39,395 nt of DNA from the NCBI GenBank assembly GCA_014383885.1, contig JACNGX010000038.1, forward strand, positions 1 through 39,395, read 5' to 3'. The notes below the pieces were generated by a model. It did not search any database, was not told the DNA's origin, and saw only the letters and a list, made by a program, of their open reading frames with translations. The DNA comes from Parcubacteria group bacterium. Lineage in GTDB: Bacteria > Patescibacteriota > Minisyncoccia > Phycocordibacterales > JACNGX01. Both the position numbers and the translations under genes were made by a program. Positions 34,127 to 39,395 of this stretch are shown here, in pieces; positions within the stretch are counted from its first letter, which is position 1; every line of letters begins with the position of its first letter.

Positions 34127-35749
34127 TTATGTGTGCACAGACAAAACCAATCCTTCATATCCGCGCAGACGATACCGAGCACACTCCACTGCTTCCCCTT
34201 CTTTGCGCATGTGTGTGCTTGCTACCACTTCCGCTTTCTCAAACGGTAGTGCAATATCGCGATCTTCCGTGCTAAAATTGAGCATAACACACACCCTCTC
34301 TCCCTGAGCAACACGCTCGTAAGCGAGCACGTCTCCGGAGCCAACCTCAAGCGACGTATACACACCCGAAGAAAGCGCTTGGGAGTGTTTTCGATACCAA
34401 ATCAAATGCCTATACAAAGAAAGAAATGAGTATGGGTCTTCTTCTTCCGCTTTTACATTATACAATTCATAATCTTCGGCAACGGGAAGCCACGGCTCTC
34501 CTTTGGTAAAACCGGCGTGTCGCGCGCCACTCCATTGCATCGGTCCGCGCTCTTTGTCGCGTCCCATATGCAGACCGGGCAAGAGCGCGGATAGCGGATC
34601 TTTGCGGTCAGTATCGGCAATGTCCGCCCCCTGCATACCAAGCTCTTCTCCATAATATATAAATGGCATGCCACGGAGTGTCATCTGCAAAATCGCCAGA
34701 AGGCGTGCACGTTCTCGTCCGAGCCGATCGGTCACCCGCCGTCTGTCGTGATTTCCAAGCACATAATTTGGCCATTCGTGTCCGTTCAATGTTTCTTCAA
34801 TCGCTTCAATATGTTTTTTATATTCTTGCACATCCCACGGCAATGAAATAAGAGAGAAGTTGAGTGGCGCGTGGCGTCCATCTTTGCAAGCGGCACACAA
34901 ACGACCAAGCGTTGGAACGTCCACATATGATTCCGACACCATAAACGCATCGTCGTATTCTGATAAGACAGCGCACATCATGCCGATTGCCGCATAGAGC
35001 TCGTCGTTGCCGAGGTCGTTTTCATGCAGAAGAGAAAGATACGGGTCATCTTTGCCCGGACGATAATTCGGATTTGGTGGATTGTCGGTAAAAGAAGCAT
35101 CTTCAATGAGCGTGTAAATTGCATCAGTACGAAACCCGCTCACCCCTTTATCGAGCCAAAAACGCAGTACATCAAGCATTTCTTTTTGCACCTCTTCATT
35201 ACGCCAATTCAAATCTGGCTGAAATGAAAAGTGATGATGGAGATAATACTGACTGCTCGAATCGTCAAACGTCCATGCCGAGCCGCCGAAAACCGACAGC
35301 CAATTATTAGGGGGGCCACCACACTCGGAAGGATCACGCCAGATATACCAATCGCGCTTAGGGCTCTTTCGACTCTTGCGCGACTCTTGAAACCATGGAT
35401 GTTCATCTGAGGTGTGATTGGGAACGTAATCAAGTAGGATGCGAATGTTGCGACGTTTTGCCTCAGCAAGAAGCGTCTCAAATGTGTCCATATCGCCCAT
35501 AAGCGAATCAATCGCCTTGTGGTCGGTGATGTCGTATCCAAAGTCTTTGCCCGGCGACACATAAATCGGCGAGAGCCACAATGCATCCACACCAAGTGAT
35601 TGCTCCGTACCGTCATTGAAATAATCTAAAGAATCAATGACACCCTGAATATCACCAATACCGTCACCGCTAGCGTCCTTAAATGAGCGTGGATAAATAT
35701 GATACACGCTCGCCGTATGAAACCACTGCTTGTGCATATCGGGTGTCAT
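34127..35749 (-). CDS. GH13 alpha-glucosidase / oligo-1,6-glucosidase-like glycoside hydrolase
   Basis: 540 aa from ATG 35747-35749 (an alternative ATG is at 35737). It has WFHTASVYHIYPRSFKDASGDGIGDIQG, region II GFRTDAI and region IV GNHD. The stop lies 2 nt before the pgi start. Confidence 0.92.
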   Translation of the reverse strand: MTPDMHKQWFHTASVYHIYPRSFKDASGDGIGDIQGVIDSLDYFNDGTEQSLGVDALWLSPIYVSPGKDFGYDITDHKAIDSLMGDMDTFETLLAEAKRRNIRILLDYVPNHTSDEHPWFQESRKSRKSPKRDWYIWRDPSECGGPPNNWLSVFGGSAWTFDDSSSQYYLHHHFSFQPDLNWRNEEVQKEMLDVLRFWLDKGVSGFRTDAIYTLIEDASFTDNPPNPNYRPGKDDPYLSLLHENDLGNDELYAAIGMMCAVLSEYDDAFMVSESYVDVPTLGRLCAACKDGRHAPLNFSLISLPWDVQEYKKHIEAIEETLNGHEWPNYVLGNHDRRRVTDRLGRERARLLAILQMTLRGMPFIYYGEELGMQGADIADTDRKDPLSALLPGLHMGRDKERGPMQWSGARHAGFTKGEPWLPVAEDYELYNVKAEEEDPYSFLSLYRHLIWYRKHSQALSSGVYTSLEVGSGDVLAYERVAQGERVCVMLNFSTEDRDIALPFEKAEVVASTHMRKEGEAVECARYRLRGYEGLVLSVHT

Positions 35750-35806
35750 GGAATAAGTATACCACGACGAACTCGGAGCATGTAGCTCTTCGGGCAATGC
35801 AAATCC

Positions 35807-35835
35807 TTGACATCGCACATCACGCAATGTAGAAT
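35807..35835 (+). promoter_or_regulatory. Sigma70-like promoter of infC (TTGACA-17 nt-TAGAAT)
   Basis: TTGACA is at 35807-35812 and TAGAAT at 35830-35835, with an exact 17-nt spacer. The first in-frame ATG of infC lies 13 nt downstream of the -10 element. Confidence 0.5.
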
Positions 35836-35848
35836 GTGCACACGTTCC

Positions 35849-36502
35849 ATGAGACCCAGAAAAAATAGAAACAAATACGTGAGTCGTGAACCACGCACTC
35901 GCATCAACGAACAGATCCGCGCACGTGAAGTGCGTGTTATTGGTGATGGTGGGGAAAATATCGGTGTGATGGATCCGCGAGAAGCCCTTGAACAAGCACG
36001 TGCCATTGGACTTGATTTGGTGGAGGTCTCCCCCAATGCTAATCCGCCTGTCGCTCATATCGTTGATTTTGGAAAATATCAATACGAGCAAAAGAAAAAG
36101 AAGCGCGAGGCAAATCAAAAGAGCACTGTAACCTCTACAGAGACAAAAGTGGTGCAAATCAAAATCGGCACCGGCGAACACGATCTTGCGCTCAAAGCAA
36201 AACGTATTTCCGAATGGCTCAAAGAAGGTCACAGAGTGAAACTTGATCTTTTCCTCGCCGGACGTGCAAAATATATGAAAGAAGATTTTCTGAAAGAGCG
36301 CTTAAACCGTGTTCTCGTAATCGTTTCCGAGGCCTATAAGGTCGCCGATGGTCCAAAAAAGAGCCCGAAAGGACTCTCCCTCGTACTCGAACGCGACAAA
36401 AGCACGAAGAAAAAAGAGAATGCTGCACCAATAGTCCCTACACAATCGGATGAAATACCAAAAGAAGAGAAGCAAGGACCGTCTCCTAGTTCTGAGGAAT
36501 AA
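35849..36502 (+). CDS. infC: Translation initiation factor IF-3 (with a charged C-terminal extension)
   Basis: RINEQIRAREVRVIGDGGENIGVM...LDLVEVSPNANPPVAHIVDFGKYQYE are typical of the IF-3 N- and C-domains. The start is uncertain: candidates are ATG 35849, GTG 35879 and the ORF-track TTG 35807, and IF-3 genes often use atypical starts. Confidence 0.9.
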   Translation: MRPRKNRNKYVSREPRTRINEQIRAREVRVIGDGGENIGVMDPREALEQARAIGLDLVEVSPNANPPVAHIVDFGKYQYEQKKKKREANQKSTVTSTETKVVQIKIGTGEHDLALKAKRISEWLKEGHRVKLDLFLAGRAKYMKEDFLKERLNRVLVIVSEAYKVADGPKKSPKGLSLVLERDKSTKKKENAAPIVPTQSDEIPKEEKQGPSPSSEE

Positions 36503-36610
36503 AAAGGTCTTAACTCTTAACATTGCACAGCACCAAAACATATGCTATGGTAGTGCGGTACTGAATTGTGCCATATCTCTTCGCGATATGTGCCAAATCC
36601 CTAAATAACT

Positions 36611-36796
36611 ATGAAAACCAATAAATCATTCAAAAAACGCGTGAAAGTGACCAAAAACGGCAAGGTCATTGCTCGCACACCCGGTCATAATCACTTCAAT
36701 GCGAAAGAATCTCGCAGTAAACAACTTGATCGCAAAAACAGCCAAGAAGTACAGATGAGCACAAAAGATAAGAGTCGTTTTCTCGCAAATCTCTAA
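36611..36796 (+). CDS. rpmI: 50S ribosomal protein L35
   Basis: 61 aa. MKTNKSFKKRVKVTKNGKVIARTPGHNHF is typical of L35, and it sits in the infC-rpmI-rplT order. Confidence 0.95.
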   Translation: MKTNKSFKKRVKVTKNGKVIARTPGHNHFNAKESRSKQLDRKNSQEVQMSTKDKSRFLANL

Positions 36797-36871
36797 TTCT
36801 TTATTTCTGTGGCCGATCATATACATGTATATGATCTATGCTTAATTCATAACTCTTAATTCTATAATACT

Positions 36872-37219
36872 ATGGCACGAATCAAACGAGGAACCATTTC
36901 AATGAAGCGTCGTCGCAATGTCTTGAAACAGACAAAGGGCTATCGTTTTGGACGAAGCACCAAAGAACGCCAAGCAAAGGAAGCAATTCGCCATGCCGGC
37001 GCACATGCATTCGCGCACCGTCGCGATAAGAAAAATGACTTTCGCCGCTTGTGGCAAACCCGCATCAATGCGGCAATTCGTGAGCACGGCATGTCATACA
37101 GCGTATTTATGGGCGCACTCGGGAAATACGGGAGCATTCTAAATCGCAAAATGCTTTCCGAAATCGCGGCAGAGCAACCCGAAACATTCGGTCGTATCGT
37201 GGAAGCGGTGAAGAAGTAA
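36872..37219 (+). CDS. rplT: 50S ribosomal protein L20
   Basis: 115 aa. MARIKRGTISMKRRRNVLKQTKGYRFGRS...RRDKKNDFRRLWQTRINAA is typical of L20. Confidence 0.97.
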   Translation: MARIKRGTISMKRRRNVLKQTKGYRFGRSTKERQAKEAIRHAGAHAFAHRRDKKNDFRRLWQTRINAAIREHGMSYSVFMGALGKYGSILNRKMLSEIAAEQPETFGRIVEAVKK

Positions 37220-37240
37220 GCGAACGATAAATTATAAACA

Positions 37241-37273
37241 AAAAAATGCGCGACTTTCGGTCGCGCACTTTTT
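37241..37273. terminator. Bidirectional intrinsic terminator after rplT
   Basis: An A-run is followed by TGCGCGAC (37247-37254) paired with GTCGCGCA (37260-37267), then CTTTTT. Confidence 0.8.
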
Positions 37274-37315
37274 CTATATATTTCATTTTCCGTATTCTCA
37301 TTTCATTCCTCCGAT

Positions 37316-38107
37316 TCATTTCTCATTCCGTGCAACAACATACGCAATGCCCGCGGTGGCAAGAAGTGTTATCCATGGCCAAAGGGTAATAGCCATAAGC
37401 TGCGAGAAAAACAATGATGCAAAAGAAGTGTTATCGTTCACGCCTGATAAAACACTCCCGTAATACGGGATAACTCCGAGGAAGATACAAGCGGCGGAAA
37501 GAAAAAGCTGCCATGCAATTCGCGCGTATTTCCATATCGCAATTACGGCCGCTATTGCAAGAAGCGAGGAAATAAGAAGCGCGTATACGATATACGATAT
37601 TGCAAGCGCGACACACGGAAGACAAGTATCGGGCGCCACTATAAAGATGAGCGGCAATCCGAAAGCAATACCGGCAACAAGAAACATTCTTTTCCATGCA
37701 ACTTGTGACTTCATACGACGCATTCCGTACGCGGTCGCCGCAATAACACACCAAGGAAAAAACATACCGCCGGACATAAGAATAGTTTGTTGACCCCAAT
37801 TATCCGCGCCCACATGGAAAAAAATTATCAACAAAACGGTGATAAGAGAAAACAATACCGCGTATGTATGAAATCTCAGTGAACGCGAAACGGACATTCC
37901 CAGAGCAATCAATCCACCCGCAAAAGCCACCTGAAGCCACCCCGGAGGCATAGCTGGTCCGTTTCCGCCTTCAAAGAAAAACGAGATATGAGGAATGAAG
38001 GAAGGAAAAGACACGAAAGTCATTATACTGAGGACAACTCCAATCAAGCCGACCATAAAAGCAACGGCGCGCAATCCATAACTCCATATTTGGTGGGTAG
38101 AAAACAT
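37316..38107 (-). CDS. Hypothetical polytopic membrane protein (~8 TM)
   Basis: 263 aa, hydrophobic throughout. I see no recognisable family. Confidence 0.6.
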   Translation of the reverse strand: MFSTHQIWSYGLRAVAFMVGLIGVVLSIMTFVSFPSFIPHISFFFEGGNGPAMPPGWLQVAFAGGLIALGMSVSRSLRFHTYAVLFSLITVLLIIFFHVGADNWGQQTILMSGGMFFPWCVIAATAYGMRRMKSQVAWKRMFLVAGIAFGLPLIFIVAPDTCLPCVALAISYIVYALLISSLLAIAAVIAIWKYARIAWQLFLSAACIFLGVIPYYGSVLSGVNDNTSFASLFFSQLMAITLWPWITLLATAGIAYVVARNEK

Positions 38108-38166
38108 ATATCAATAGTTATTCAATTGAAGAATATCCCGTTGCCTCGTGGAACGCCCCTTTTATT

Positions 38167-38766
38167 TCATTCTTCTTTTTCCATCCTCTCAATCATCTTC
38201 GGTATTTTCCGAAAATCGTCCTTTAAGACTTTCCGCATGGAGCCGTTGTAGAGTGCGGCTGCCGGATGGTATAAGGGTATAATGGTAAACGTGCATCCTG
38301 ATTTTGGGCTTGTGATATGCATCGGTATGCCATGAATCACGCTAATCTTTTCCGTTGCAGGCAGAAAGCGGTGCATGGCATGGCGCCCGAGCGTAACCAA
38401 CACTTTCGGCTGAAGCACTTCGAGCTGTCGCCACAAAAAGCTTTCCGTGCACATGTTCACTTCCTCGGGAAACGGGTCGCGATTTCCTGGCGGGCGACAT
38501 TTCACGACATTGGTAATAAACACATCTCCTCGCTTCATGCCAATATCAGCCAACATCTCGTCCAAAAACTTACCCGCCGCACCAACAAACGGCCTTCCCT
38601 CTTTATCTTCGCTTGCCCCTGGTGCTTCTCCGATAAACACAATGTCAGATCTCACACTTCCTTCTCCGGGAACAGCACAATTGCGAGTCCCCGCAAGCGG
38701 ACACTTCACGCACGAGCGAATTTCTTCAGCGATTGTTTCAGGTGTGTCAAACATGCTCCTCTGCAT
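38167..38766 (-). CDS. Uracil-DNA glycosylase, family 4 (Fe-S type)
   Basis: 199 aa. It has C..C..C spacing near the N-terminus (CVKCPLAGTRNCAVPGEG). FIGEAPGASEDKEGRPFVGAAGKFLDEML is the family-4 motif A region, and a HPAA motif lies near the C-terminus. Confidence 0.9.
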   Translation of the reverse strand: MQRSMFDTPETIAEEIRSCVKCPLAGTRNCAVPGEGSVRSDIVFIGEAPGASEDKEGRPFVGAAGKFLDEMLADIGMKRGDVFITNVVKCRPPGNRDPFPEEVNMCTESFLWRQLEVLQPKVLVTLGRHAMHRFLPATEKISVIHGIPMHITSPKSGCTFTIIPLYHPAAALYNGSMRKVLKDDFRKIPKMIERMEKEE

Positions 38767-39313
38767 GCATACGAGCTATCGTCTTAAGGAGCGCGGAAGT
38801 GAGTTTTGCCGGATGTTCTTCAAAAACAACGTGCTCTGTTGCTCTGCCGGAATGCACAATCAGCTCTTTCACCATATCATCGGTCTTCCACGGGCCTTCA
38901 AGGACACCAACGGGCTTTCCTTCTGAGAACGCCACAGTAAACTCATGGATAGCGCCGATTCTTCCACAACCCACGCATACCGCATCAGCCGAACGGGCAA
39001 GAAGAAGCTCCGAACCGGCGTATCCGAATCCAGTATACACGACAACATCATGGTACTCTGTCGGGAGATGATACACTTCTCTGTGTTCTTTCTCACTGCC
39101 CGCAGGTGAAAATCCAATCACCGTTCCTCCCGCCTCTTTTGCTGCCTGAGCGGCAAGAAGAGGGAAACCGGTTGTCGCACCCGTGAGAATAACAGCACCG
39201 GAAGAAGCAAGTGCGGAGCCAAGCTCGCGTGCACGTTCTCCGGCAAGTGGCCCACATCCCTCTAAGTGAGCGGCACCTGAAATACATATTTTGGGTGGGG
39301 TAGAAAGTTTCAT
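38747..39313 (-). CDS. TIGR00725-like / LOG-family (SLOG superfamily) Rossmann-fold protein
   Basis: 188 aa from ATG 39311-39313 (the ORF-track start at 39346 is GTG). ICISGAA...AVILTGATTGFPLLAAQAAKEAGG...GCGRIGAIHEFTVA parallels the LOG GGGxG / PGGxGTxxE motifs. It overlaps the UDG gene by 20 nt. Confidence 0.7.
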   Translation of the reverse strand: MKLSTPPKICISGAAHLEGCGPLAGERARELGSALASSGAVILTGATTGFPLLAAQAAKEAGGTVIGFSPAGSEKEHREVYHLPTEYHDVVVYTGFGYAGSELLLARSADAVCVGCGRIGAIHEFTVAFSEGKPVGVLEGPWKTDDMVKELIVHSGRATEHVVFEEHPAKLTSALLKTIARMHAEEHV

Positions 39314-39395
39314 ATTGTATAGTATACCATGAGCGGAGCTGCTCACCCTACCCCCAAATACGAAGATCCGGGTAGGTTAAAAAACGGGTAACGGA

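Noticed and set aside
35750-36232. A 161-codon N-terminal extension of the GH13 ORF (track ORF 34127-36232, 701 aa).
   Set aside because: The extension is antisense to the conserved infC coding sequence and has no GH13 counterpart. The GH13 homology begins right after Met at 35749 (MTPDMHKQWFH...YPRSF).
1-39395. Alternative genetic code (UGA recoding, as in some CPR lineages).
   Set aside because: TGA terminates ORFs exactly at the expected C-termini (e.g. the ROK gene at 31944 and the NYN gene at 2547). Conserved proteins are full length without in-frame TGA, so the standard bacterial code fits.

Overview
This is a compact, roughly 90% coding and mostly minus-strand bacterial chromosomal segment. 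It uses the standard genetic code: TGA, TAA and TAG all end ORFs at the expected protein ends. By inference only, the gene content and style resemble a Patescibacteria/CPR (Parcubacteria-like) genome. The supporting traits are tight gene packing, almost no Shine-Dalgarno sequences, a Lys/Ala-rich histone-H1-like protein, Lys-rich tails on housekeeping enzymes, a Wzy-like/TPR fusion and many GT4 glycosyltransferases. Contents in order: eno; a membrane-anchored hypothetical; ppsA translationally adjacent to an NYN-domain gene; glmS; a MOFRL-type glycerate kinase; a small acidic ORF; secA; and a histone-like gene carrying a near-perfect 132-bp tandem duplication behind a ~360-bp A-rich, palindrome-rich leader. 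Then come murB and a ~11.7-kb surface-glycan locus: a Wzy/O-antigen-ligase-like TPR fusion, a Wzx-like flippase, and an 8-gene minus-strand operon with 6 GT-B enzymes, 1 GT-A-like protein and 1 SAM methyltransferase. After that: an RNHCP zinc-ribbon gene divergent from an orphan MazF/PemK-like toxin; ftsH; two small secreted or membrane hypotheticals; smpB-ssrA (tmRNA, 452 nt); and a small hypothetical ORF. The window ends with a GH13 alpha-glucosidase/pgi/ROK-glucokinase sugar operon, infC-rpmI-rplT, a polytopic membrane protein, and a family-4 uracil-DNA glycosylase overlapping a TIGR00725/LOG-like (SLOG) gene. I saw no rRNA, tRNA, CRISPR, transposase or integrase. The most unusual sequence-level signal is at the ssrA locus. 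The tmRNA gene is flanked by partial, nested inverted and direct copies of its own 5' and 3' ends plus duplicated terminator modules (30485-31372). Just downstream lies a repeat-rich, terminator-rich non-coding stretch (31668-31959). I could not identify a complete multi-gene system of clearly novel function. The best gene-level candidates are the RNHCP/MazF-like pair, the ppsA-NYN coupling and the SLOG-UDG pair, and all three are speculative.
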